DNA of 64,000 nucleotides from Candidatus Poribacteria bacterium (GTDB lineage Bacteria; Poribacteria; WGA-4E; PCPOR2b): positions 3,840,001-3,904,000 of the forward strand of contig OZ242351.1 of NCBI GenBank assembly GCA_965208675.1, read 5' to 3'. Of the stretch, positions 53,435 to 62,441 are shown piece after piece; position 1 is the stretch's first letter; every line of letters begins with the position of its first letter. The notes beneath the pieces were generated by a model, which was not told the origin of the DNA, made no database searches, and saw nothing but the letters and a program-made list of their open reading frames with translations. Both the position numbers and the translations under genes were made by a program.

Positions 53435-54142
53435 CTATTTTTCCTCCTTTTTAAGTATTTTGTCTGCTTTCCTCTTCAATTCAGTCGCAGACGCAGATGG
53501 CAGTACGATAGAATGCTCTGTTCTACTAGACCTGCCGACAAGTCCCTTGATCTCGTTTTCAATTGCCTTTGACGCATTATTGTCCGTAAGGTAAGACTGG
53601 ATCAATACTTTTGTCAAATCTAGCGGAATAATTGTCCGCTTTGCCTTCGATTCGGATTCATATAGAAATTGCACCTTATTATTCTGAATTGGCCTTTTCC
53701 CAAAAACCTCCATGTGAACGCAAAGCCGTCCGTGCGGCCAATCCTGATAGTCTACAGAATCGCCGACTCGCAAAAACAACAACACGCTCTCACCAATGTC
53801 AAATTCTACATTTGGCAACATCGTAAGCGACCTGACCTGTTCATGTTTTGGTATGTACGCAGTCCCACCCCTAATAGCAAATTTAACGTGGTTGGTGCCG
53901 ACATTCGGCTTGCCTTTTATAAGCTGATCGATTCTAACAAGAACATCTGTCAATATCGTACCATTGCCCACCTCTTCCGTGTAATAAGCGTTCATTAACT
54001 CGATAGTGCCAACAACTATGATGTCACTCTTGTCCGTCATATCTAACACGCCATGCCAGCCAATTTCTTCAGATGTCATCCCAGCTCCCTCAATAATACC
54101 AGCACACAGCAAAACCACCAACACCACAAAAACATACTTCAT
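53435..54142 (-). CDS. Secreted partner protein 1, TIMP/NTR(OB)-like
   Basis: True start MKYVFVVL at 54142 after GGGAGG; SDIIVVGTI...VRID..IKG...GG...F.IGE.V.LFL. Confidence 0.65.
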   Translation of the reverse strand: MKYVFVVLVVLLCAGIIEGAGMTSEEIGWHGVLDMTDKSDIIVVGTIELMNAYYTEEVGNGTILTDVLVRIDQLIKGKPNVGTNHVKFAIRGGTAYIPKHEQVRSLTMLPNVEFDIGESVLLFLRVGDSVDYQDWPHGRLCVHMEVFGKRPIQNNKVQFLYESESKAKRTIIPLDLTKVLIQSYLTDNNASKAIENEIKGLVGRSSRTEHSIVLPSASATELKRKADKILKKEEK

Positions 54143-54665
54143 TTGAACCCTCCCTTGTGTTCGAGTCAAAAGAATTGTTTCCCAATAATTATACCAAAAT
54201 TGCAGTACCAGCGACGCCGAAATCGCGCCGGCACGACCTAAGATTTTAACTACCGTTAGTTTTTTTACGGCCACCAGATATTTTGCAATTATAGCATTAT
54301 TCGCAATCGGTAAGGAGTACGACGGTTGCCAAGTTCGGCGACCGCGCTTACCCATCACTTTCACACAGTGTAGTTGATTGCGGGGTTGCAAATCCCCAAC
54401 TAACGTAAGTTTAATCGCACTTACCATTTTCAAGCTTGCACCTATAACCATTTTCCAGTGAATTGATTTGATTTCCTCCAACCATGAATACGTCGCAGAA
54501 ATCAGAATATTCAAGTTAACCGCGACTAGGTTATATTTGCGACGGATTAATTTCCATTCGTCAATTCATTCAATCACCCACCTTTCTTTTAATGCTTGCG
54601 TTAAGTCTTTTACAGGTCATTGCGATGGCATAAACGGCATTTCAATAGTCTGTATTAACTGCTGG

Positions 54666-55331
54666 TTATATACGGCTCGATGCCGTGTGGTCATCGTTGT
54701 AATCATTCTGGTCGACATCATCGTCGTGCATCGCCGACGGGGTCGCCGCCTCAACTTCAAAGTATTCCTCGAGTTGAGCAAGCACATGGTTCGCCCGGCG
54801 TTTCCAACCAGCATGCCATTGTTTGAATTTATCTGGATTGAGGTCTACAAGACGTTGATAATGGGCTAGTTTCTCCTCATGGAATCGAGTAATCAACTCA
54901 TTGTCGATACCCGGGTCGGATTGCAAATCAATTTCAACGGTTTGTCTCCATGCGGCGACCGCACGGCTAGTGTTGCGCCCCCATGCACCGTCGTCAACCG
55001 TTCCCGCCATACGCTGAATAATCTTGACGGCAGCCTTGCCGGCATTTACAACGAAATCGCTATAGATATATGGAAGAAATTCGGGGAGTTCCCATGTATG
55101 ATACCGTTCAAGATAATCGACATAAAACGCCTCAACGATGTCTTGCCGTTTTAGGAGGCCTTCGACGGTCTCAGGCGCTTCGGGGAATCTGCCGAGGTTT
55201 TTGGGACGCCAGATCTCCCAGCTCTGTTTCGTGATACCGTCGCATGATATGCCGCCGACGTTCGCAGGTTCTCTGCGGTTAATTCCCTTCTCGCTACCGA
55301 TGATTAGCTGAATGATTTGTGTTCTGTCCAT
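54666..55331 (-). CDS. Glycoside hydrolase family 108 muramidase (TtsA/ZliS-like), copy 1
   Basis: Same motifs as copy 2; starts 12 nt after the sigma stop; no signal peptide. Confidence 0.75.
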   Translation of the reverse strand: MDRTQIIQLIIGSEKGINRREPANVGGISCDGITKQSWEIWRPKNLGRFPEAPETVEGLLKRQDIVEAFYVDYLERYHTWELPEFLPYIYSDFVVNAGKAAVKIIQRMAGTVDDGAWGRNTSRAVAAWRQTVEIDLQSDPGIDNELITRFHEEKLAHYQRLVDLNPDKFKQWHAGWKRRANHVLAQLEEYFEVEAATPSAMHDDDVDQNDYNDDHTASSRI

Positions 55332-55343
55332 TTTACTTTAACC

Positions 55344-55925
55344 TCATTCCGTTAGTTTTTGCACGAGCGACTTCAACCTTTTTCGACCGCGGGCCAGTCG
55401 ATTGTTCACGACTGCCTCGCTGAGCCCCAACTCTTGAGCTATCTCCTTATGGCTCATACCGCTCAATCGTAGTAGTAATGGCTGCCGTTCTGAGTCGGGA
55501 AGTTGTTCGATTGCCCTTGCAAGCCTGTCTCGCATGTCGACGAGTTCTTGCTGTTGTTCATCGCGCCGATGCGCAAGCACTGCGGCGACATTCGATACCT
55601 CCGCTTCATTGGCGCCGCTAGAGAGTGAAAGGCACTCAATTAGTTTTTGGCGTTCTCGGTACTTTCTTGCTATGAGTTGAGATGCTATGCGGAACATCCA
55701 GTTTGGGAACTTTTGTGGATCCTTAAGTTCTTGAAGATTTTGCCAGATTGCAACAAAGGTCTCTTGGACAATGTCTTTAGCATCTTCATGGTTGCGCATT
55801 TTCTTGAAAGCGAACGCGTGTAGGGACGTTTCGTGCCGACTACAGAGCACGGAGAAAACGTTCTTGTCGCCCTCCAAAATCTGACGAACCAATTCGGCGT
55901 CGCTCGATTTTTCGCCAACTCGCAT
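55344..55925 (-). CDS. ECF (group 4) RNA polymerase sigma factor
   Basis: DAKDIVQETF, F..W.FRIA, LP...R, GMSHKEIA..LG......V..RL.RGR. Confidence 0.92.
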   Translation of the reverse strand: MRVGEKSSDAELVRQILEGDKNVFSVLCSRHETSLHAFAFKKMRNHEDAKDIVQETFVAIWQNLQELKDPQKFPNWMFRIASQLIARKYRERQKLIECLSLSSGANEAEVSNVAAVLAHRRDEQQQELVDMRDRLARAIEQLPDSERQPLLLRLSGMSHKEIAQELGLSEAVVNNRLARGRKRLKSLVQKLTE

Positions 55926-55957
55926 CCCACTCCCCAGATCTGCAAAAGTGATTGGGG

Positions 55958-55982
55958 TGTTTACAACTTACCATTGTAAACA
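55958..55982. promoter_or_regulatory. Perfect palindromic operator-like site (identical copy at 45996-46020)
   Basis: TGTTTACAA-cttacca-TTGTAAACA, 33 nt upstream of the sigma start. Confidence 0.5.
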
Positions 55983-56370
55983 TGTATGACTATATGGCTA
56001 AAATCTATCACTAAAAATGAAATTTTTTTTTCAAGGATATCGACTTGTAGGGCAATTTATGGTATGATTTTGATCACGGAAAGAGCGTTGGGGGGACTCA
56101 ATCTAGTTTTTACGCGGATTCCCTCGAACCGGTAGGAAGACGGAAACTTGAGGCAGCGAACCTGCGAGGTTGGAAAGTGTGGGTTGAGAATTGCGAAGTT
56201 GTGGTTTTTTGTGAAGAGATTGCTCGGTTGTATCCACTAAAATTTGAGTGATAGTTTGTTGAAGTTCTGATGTTGCTTTTTTACGGTCTTCTCCAAGTAT
56301 TGATAAATTGCAAATAGGGAAAGGGCCGTACTGATAGTTTTCATTCAACAAGCCTATTTTTGAAGCGGGC

Positions 56371-56937
56371 GTGCCGATGATCCCTGATGAAGTCTATGTG
56401 CAAAAAACTATCGAAGGGGATGTGGAATCATTTAATGAGCTTGTGCAGCGTCATCATACCAGAATCTACGGGTTAGCTTACCGCATGCTGTCCAATCCTG
56501 AAGATGCGGCGGACGCAACACAAGAGGCGTTTTTGGAAGCGTATAAATCGATAAAATCGTTCCAATTCCAATCAAAGTTTTCGACGTGGTTGTACCGAGT
56601 CGCTATCAATACGTGCCAACAATACATCCGCAAATCCGATTCTCGGGCGCGTACGCTCTCGGCATACACAAAAAGCGTTGCAGAAAACGACGCGCAATAT
56701 GACAGTGATTGTCCGGATCGGATTTTGGTGAAATCGGAGAGCGATCGGATGGTACAGGAGGCAATCAGCCAGTTGCCGCCTAAACAGCGGATAGTTGTTA
56801 GTCTATTTTACATGCAGCATCTCAAATATCATGAGATTGCCGAAGTGCTAGATTGTCCGGAAGGGACAGTGGCATCGCGATTAAATACGGCGATAAAGAC
56901 CCTCAAGTCAAAACTGCAAAACCCGCACCATCTATAA
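56371..56937 (+). CDS. ECF sigma factor (SigW/RpoE-like)
   Basis: DAADATQEAF, KFSTWLYRVAIN, YHEIAEVL.CPEGTV.SRL. Confidence 0.93.
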   Translation: MPMIPDEVYVQKTIEGDVESFNELVQRHHTRIYGLAYRMLSNPEDAADATQEAFLEAYKSIKSFQFQSKFSTWLYRVAINTCQQYIRKSDSRARTLSAYTKSVAENDAQYDSDCPDRILVKSESDRMVQEAISQLPPKQRIVVSLFYMQHLKYHEIAEVLDCPEGTVASRLNTAIKTLKSKLQNPHHL

Positions 56938-56961
56938 TCTTTACGAAACGAGAGGACGGCT

Positions 56962-57489
56962 ATGGATCTCGACTGCAAACGCGTTATTGAAAACCTGAGT
57001 CTACATTCGAATCCGGACCTTTCTCACGAAGAGAGAGCTGAGTTCAAAAAACATCTCGTTCAATGCCAAACCTGTCAGAAGGAATATGAAGAGATGTTGC
57101 ATACGGCGGCAGTTCTTGAAAGCCTTCCGGCTCTCGCTCCGCCGCCGGATCTCCTTGGGCGGACTCAAGAACGGATTACCCAGGAACACCGGCGGAATCA
57201 ATTGGCATTCTTCGCCAACCCGTTCGCCGGTATCCTCAGGTTACTGAAGTTGGATCCTCATCCGACTTTTGTCAACTGCACAGCCGTGCTCTTCTACCTG
57301 ATGCTCACAGTTTTTCTGGCGAAATTGACCTTTTTTGACACAACAGAGCCGACGCCGGTGAGCACACCCAATAGGTCTTTGCACCCTGATGCACAGATTG
57401 TGGGTGTGCCGTTAGGTTCGATAAAGGCAACCGTACAGCGCATTGGGACTGAAGAAGAGTCCAAGGAGGGTTCAACCAAACTTGAATAG
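56962..57489 (+). CDS. Zinc-finger (zf-HC2) transmembrane anti-sigma factor
   Basis: HLVQCQTC motif plus one TM helix, directly downstream of the ECF sigma. Confidence 0.85.
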   Translation: MDLDCKRVIENLSLHSNPDLSHEERAEFKKHLVQCQTCQKEYEEMLHTAAVLESLPALAPPPDLLGRTQERITQEHRRNQLAFFANPFAGILRLLKLDPHPTFVNCTAVLFYLMLTVFLAKLTFFDTTEPTPVSTPNRSLHPDAQIVGVPLGSIKATVQRIGTEEESKEGSTKLE

Positions 57490-57784
57490 ATAACTGGGTA
57501 TTCGCGTTATTGAATCAACACATTTACAAATTGACGTCGAACATTAGCTATAGCATTTTTGTAAAAAAGGCACGGGTTGTGCAACCCGTGCCTTTTATTA
57601 TGTCTGTTCATTGTGTATTTTCACCGGGTACCGCTTTTGGGTTGACCAATTCATCTGTGAAGCAGTATAATTCCGCCAAAACCCCTGGTTGTTTGAGACC
57701 GCGAATCCGAAAGGGCAACCGCGAGGGTTGCCCATTCAACAATTATGTTGCGTTCGATTCTCACGTTTGTACGGTGTTTCGGCA

Positions 57785-58609
57785 ATGAATCTCCAACCCA
57801 CGGATTTTATCCTAGAAATTGGGAGCGGACACAATCCGAAAATTCGATCTGATGTGTTATGCGACAAATTCATTGATGATGACACCCAGCGGGGAGGGAA
57901 GATTGTCGCTGATCGTCCGGTGGTTGAAGCCGATGGACAGTATCTACCATTTGCCGACGCATCATTTGACTATGTTATTTGTTCGCACGTGTTAGAGCAT
58001 GTTGAAAATCCTGACTTACTTATTTCTGAACTAATGCGAGTCGCCTCGCGGGGCTACATAGAGACACCGTCCGAGATTGCCGAGCGGCTTTACGGTTGGG
58101 AATATCATAACTGGGTTATCAATTTAATCGACGGTCAGTTAATCATTCAAAAAAATCTGGCCAAAAATCCGTTCGGTCAGCTTTTCCACACGCTTGCGGC
58201 TCACGATAGAAATTTCGCCAAATTTCACATCGCTCACCATGAAATCTTTCTCGTGAAGTATGAATGGGCGGGCAAAATCGACTATAAAATTCTCCCGCCG
58301 GACACATCGCCGCTAGATTTAGATTCGATCGAGACGATTGATACCATGCTAAATCGGGCTAATCGCGTCCCGCTTTGGCAAAGGTGGTTGCGAGTTGCGA
58401 AAGGTTCCATTCCAAAACGGGTTGTGTTTAGGACAAAGACTTTTTTAGCCAAGCGGCGCAAATCCCCGAAGAAAACGCTGGAAGAGATTGTCGTGTGTCC
58501 GGTTTGTAAAGGATCGGTAGCGTGGGAGACTCATCAAATCTGCTGCGGACACTGTGATATCAACTATCCCATTGTTCAAAGAATTGCTCGGCTGCGGCCT
58601 CCGGCGTAG
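57785..58609 (+). CDS. Class I SAM-dependent methyltransferase with C-terminal Trm112-like Zn module
   Basis: LEIGSG, LPF.D.SFDYV...HVLEH, CPVCK..C..C...YPI; upstream promoter TTGACC-18-TATAAT (57642-57671). Confidence 0.85.
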   Translation: MNLQPTDFILEIGSGHNPKIRSDVLCDKFIDDDTQRGGKIVADRPVVEADGQYLPFADASFDYVICSHVLEHVENPDLLISELMRVASRGYIETPSEIAERLYGWEYHNWVINLIDGQLIIQKNLAKNPFGQLFHTLAAHDRNFAKFHIAHHEIFLVKYEWAGKIDYKILPPDTSPLDLDSIETIDTMLNRANRVPLWQRWLRVAKGSIPKRVVFRTKTFLAKRRKSPKKTLEEIVVCPVCKGSVAWETHQICCGHCDINYPIVQRIARLRPPA

Positions 58610-58773
58610 TGGAATTAAAGAAACCGAGTTTTGAAGAAAACACTCGGTTTAAAGCGCCACGGTCTATGCCGCTGCGAGGCAAGGACATAACGTTAGCGAG
58701 TATCTACATTCTACATGACCATAAAAAAACGGAGAAAACTGACCAAAAGCTGGAATAAGGAGTGCTCAAACCA

Positions 58774-59745
58774 ATGGAAGGCCTTCAAGATACATTCAAT
58801 GATTCGGAAGAACGCAACGTCATCATTATCGGCGGCGGTACGGCTGGATTTGCCGCTGGCGTTTACACCTCGCGGGCAATGCTTGAACCGCTGCTCATTA
58901 CTGGCGATGCGCTCGGCGGACAACTCTCGTTGACGTTAGACCTGGAAAACTATCCAGGCTTCTTCGGCACGGAAGCCGTGGAATTCATCCAAGGGATGCA
59001 GAAACAAGCCGAACGCTTTGGTACGGAAGTGCGGTTCGACACCGTGACAGCGGTCGATTTCAATCGCCATCCGTTCTATGTGAAGACGTATGAAAAGGAG
59101 TATCATGCCAAGGCGGTCATCATCTGCACCGGCGCCTCGCCGCGAACACTGAATATCTCCGGTGAAGCAGAATACGGCGGGCGCGGAGTTTCGTACTGCG
59201 CAACTTGTGACGGATTTTTCTTCCAGGACCAGCGTCTGATTGTTGTCGGCGGGGGCGATGCGGCGCTTGAGGAGGGGCTGTTTTTGACAAAGTATGCCTC
59301 GGAGGTTTATGTAGTTCACCGCCGCGATCAACTCCGTGCAAGCCAAATCATGCAGGCACGCGCCTTCAAGAACGATAAGATGAAATTCATTTGGGACACG
59401 GTCGTTGAAGAGATTCAGGGCGATAGCAGGAAGGTTACAGGGGCGCTGCTCAGAAACGTAAAGACCGATGAAAAACAGGTGTTTCCTATTGATGGTGTGT
59501 TTATCTTCATCGGGCATATCCCGAATACAGACTTGTTCAAAGGTATTATTGACATGGACGACCAAGAATACGTCGTCGTCGATAACCTCCAGCAGACCAA
59601 TATCGAAGGCGTTTTTGCAGCAGGTGACGTGCACGATCACGTCTTCCGTCAGGCGATTACTGCCGCCGGAACGGGGGCAGCCGCAGCAATCTCGGCAGAG
59701 AAATTTATCGCTGCGTTGGAAAACCGCACCTACCCCGGGCAGTAG
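58774..59745 (+). CDS. trxB: Thioredoxin reductase
   Basis: GGQL, ENYPG, GRGVSYCATCDG, GGGDAALEE, AGDV.D...RQAITAAG. Confidence 0.95.
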   Translation: MEGLQDTFNDSEERNVIIIGGGTAGFAAGVYTSRAMLEPLLITGDALGGQLSLTLDLENYPGFFGTEAVEFIQGMQKQAERFGTEVRFDTVTAVDFNRHPFYVKTYEKEYHAKAVIICTGASPRTLNISGEAEYGGRGVSYCATCDGFFFQDQRLIVVGGGDAALEEGLFLTKYASEVYVVHRRDQLRASQIMQARAFKNDKMKFIWDTVVEEIQGDSRKVTGALLRNVKTDEKQVFPIDGVFIFIGHIPNTDLFKGIIDMDDQEYVVVDNLQQTNIEGVFAAGDVHDHVFRQAITAAGTGAAAAISAEKFIAALENRTYPGQ

Positions 59746-59787
59746 GAGCAGCGAGCGCCATTAGGTTCCGTCGGATATTCTCTCGGT

Positions 59788-61155
59788 ATGTCAATCATCC
59801 GGTACGCCAAAAACACCTTCTCAAAATCGGCGTGGTGTGCATATAACGCCTACCGCCAAGGCGCGCATTTCCGGCGAAAACTCACCGAAACAGAAAGGCG
59901 GTTGAACGGCAGCCGCGAGGAAATCCTTCAATTTCAGTGGAAGCGCGTGATTAGGATGCTCAAGCACGCGTATGAAACGACGACGTATTACCGCGAGCTA
60001 TTTGACTCGCTGAGAATCAGGCCTGAAGCCATTCAACGTCCATCAGATTACTTACAGATTCCGACGCTGGAGAAATCAACAGTTCGGGTGCGGTTAGGCG
60101 AGCTTGTCTCCAACACATACCCAAAAAGTCAGCTAAAGCGGAACGCCACAGGCGGATCATCGGGCACTCCGCTAGTCTTCTATCAGGACAACGGATATTG
60201 GAACAGGCGTAATCTGAGCGTATACTACTTTGACCGGTGGGCAGGTTGGGATTTCGGAGAGCGGCAACTGATTATTTGGGGGTTTCCGGCGAATCACTCA
60301 AAAGCGGGCAGGGCGAAAGAACAACTGAACAGCTACTGGAGAAATCACTGGCGGTTCAATGGGTTTAACACGTCCGAAGCGAAGATGGTGAATCTCTCCA
60401 AGGAGATGGAGCGGTGGCGTCCTCAAACAATTCTCGCCTACGCGTCGTCGCTCTATCAATTAGCGCAATGCCTTCATTGTAACGGTCTCATACCCGACTG
60501 GGGGATTAAAGGCATCATCTCCTCCGCGGAGATGTTGTACCCGCACTACCGTGAACTCGCCGAACAGGTTTTCCAAACGCCGGTTCATAACCGCTACGGG
60601 AGCCGGGAAACTGGCCTCATCGCTATGGAGTGCAGCGCTGGGCGGATGCATATCAACTGTAATGACATTTACCTAGAAATCGATAGCGATGAACCGTATA
60701 CGAAACCCGGCGAAATCATCATCACCCACCTGAACAATTTCGGCATGCCGTTTGTACGCTACCGAATTGGCGATGTCGGTGTACTTTCCAACGAGGTTTG
60801 CCCGTGTGGAAATCGCACCCCAATTTTGGGGGATTTATTGGGGCGGACGACGGCAACCTTCCGCAGCAAAGACGGGCGGTGGATACACGGCGGGTACTTT
60901 ACCCGACAGTTTTATGGAATAAAGACGGTCAGTCAGTTTCAATTGATCCAAGAGAGTTACGATTTGTGCAAGCTGAAACTTGTCGTAGACGACGCATTTA
61001 CGGATGACACGCTCGGATGGATCGTTCGCAAAATCAAAGACGCGCTTGGAGCGGATGTGCACATCGAAACCGATTTTGTCGAGAGTATCCCTAAACCGCC
61101 ATCCGGGAAAATGGCGTATACCATATCCAAGGTGACGGGTGACGAGCGCCGATGA
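59788..61155 (+). CDS. Phenylacetate-CoA-ligase-like (CapK-type) adenylating enzyme
   Basis: TGGSSGTP, YGSRE.G, MPFVRYRIGD, GR, SGK. Confidence 0.85.
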   Translation: MSIIRYAKNTFSKSAWCAYNAYRQGAHFRRKLTETERRLNGSREEILQFQWKRVIRMLKHAYETTTYYRELFDSLRIRPEAIQRPSDYLQIPTLEKSTVRVRLGELVSNTYPKSQLKRNATGGSSGTPLVFYQDNGYWNRRNLSVYYFDRWAGWDFGERQLIIWGFPANHSKAGRAKEQLNSYWRNHWRFNGFNTSEAKMVNLSKEMERWRPQTILAYASSLYQLAQCLHCNGLIPDWGIKGIISSAEMLYPHYRELAEQVFQTPVHNRYGSRETGLIAMECSAGRMHINCNDIYLEIDSDEPYTKPGEIIITHLNNFGMPFVRYRIGDVGVLSNEVCPCGNRTPILGDLLGRTTATFRSKDGRWIHGGYFTRQFYGIKTVSQFQLIQESYDLCKLKLVVDDAFTDDTLGWIVRKIKDALGADVHIETDFVESIPKPPSGKMAYTISKVTGDERR

Positions 61156-61407
61156 TTGCCGTTTATCACGCTCGCCAATAAGATCAGGCATTTGATGCAA
61201 TCCGCGGAACGCCTCGTATCGTTATTCTCTGCCCGGTGACGCTAACGCATACTATAGTCATTGCAATAAAAATTATACATTTACTCATTGGATTGTGGGA
61301 GAGGCTTCCTAGCCTCGATTATCAATCAGCCAATCCCGCCTTGTGTAAAAATGAACCTGAATGACTATAGCGTTCGGTCAGATGGCGATGCGTAGAGCCG
61401 AAGCATC

Positions 61408-62181
61408 TTATTTCGTATTCGGTAGTAATTCAGTATTGCCCTGTTTTTTGACCGATTGGTTTGGGTGAGGGGACGGTTTTTGTCCGACAAAATACACCGC
61501 TGACGCCAGAATATGCGAATGTTTATTGTGCATCAATAGATAGTCCAACCACACCAACGGGAACGTCAACCAGCCCACAATCAGGGAAATCAGTTTCGCC
61601 GCCAACAGATTGCCAAAGGATAAGGCGAGGCCCACATATTCTCTAAAAATCCAGTGCAGCGACGCGGTTGGTCCCGCACAGTCGCCACCTTCAATCTTCG
61701 TGAATGCCCGAAACAGATAGTCAAAACCGGGAACAGTAAATCGCTGGTAATCGTGCGGCGAAGCGTGAAATGCTTGCAAAAACGGTACGCCGGCGCACAC
61801 ATAGCCGCCGTCTTTGAGCGTCCGATGGATTTCGGCGGCAACCTGTATGGGCTCCCGAACATGCTCTAGTACCGCTTCGGTGATTACCGCGTCGAAGACC
61901 TGATTCTTGAACGGCAAGAAATGTCCGTCTGCCAAAATATCAACATGAGGGGTTGCTTCGATTTCAAGATTGATTACGTTGGGCGCACGCCGATCCATTC
62001 CCGAACCGAGATCGAGGATTTTTGCCTCGGGTCCGACCAGGCGGATAATCCGTTTCACGGCTTTTTCCCAACGCGGCGCGGGATACGGACATCCCATGAA
62101 AAGCGATAGAAGGCGGGATTGACGTAACCGGCGTTTGATTTGGGCGATGCGGTCTGATGGAGGGGGTTTTTGGGGCGACAT
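61408..62181 (-). CDS. Class I SAM-dependent methyltransferase
   Basis: LDLGSG, LPF....FDAV...AVLEH, PHDY.RFT; upstream promoter TTGACA-17-TATACT (62238-62266). Confidence 0.85.
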   Translation of the reverse strand: MSPQKPPPSDRIAQIKRRLRQSRLLSLFMGCPYPAPRWEKAVKRIIRLVGPEAKILDLGSGMDRRAPNVINLEIEATPHVDILADGHFLPFKNQVFDAVITEAVLEHVREPIQVAAEIHRTLKDGGYVCAGVPFLQAFHASPHDYQRFTVPGFDYLFRAFTKIEGGDCAGPTASLHWIFREYVGLALSFGNLLAAKLISLIVGWLTFPLVWLDYLLMHNKHSHILASAVYFVGQKPSPHPNQSVKKQGNTELLPNTK

Positions 62182-62441
62182 AAAAGACTAGGATTGCCAG
62201 CAGAGCGATGCGTGCGGTATTCTGAGAATTCCGATTTAGTATATTACACCTTCCTAGCCCTGTCAAGCCGATCCCTGACAAGTGGTGCGTTATGGACGTG
62301 CGCCGAATTCCACAGGATTGACTTTTTAACGATAAATCAGGTATAATTATCGTCGCCGCGGCATGATTCGTTATGTAACCGGGCGTCTTCAAATGAGGGA
62401 GATTCAGGATTAACACGTCATAAAACTGGGAGGGAAATACA

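Noticed and set aside
49873-54190. Integron cassette array
   Set aside because: No intI gene and no convincing attC (RYYYAAC...GTTRRRY with L boxes) between units; spacers are only 45-72 bp.
54143-54514. N-terminal extension of ORF 53435-54514
   Set aside because: Paralogs, the RBS and the signal peptide place the start at 54142.
44753-56213. Diversity-generating retroelement TR/VR pair
   Set aside because: No reverse transcriptase, the repeat is 1.5 kb, and the differences are not confined to adenines.
39347-56213. Intact prophage
   Set aside because: Only muramidase and holin-like genes; no structural, packaging, replication or integrase genes.
58936-59640. 234-aa antisense ORF
   Set aside because: Antisense shadow of trxB.
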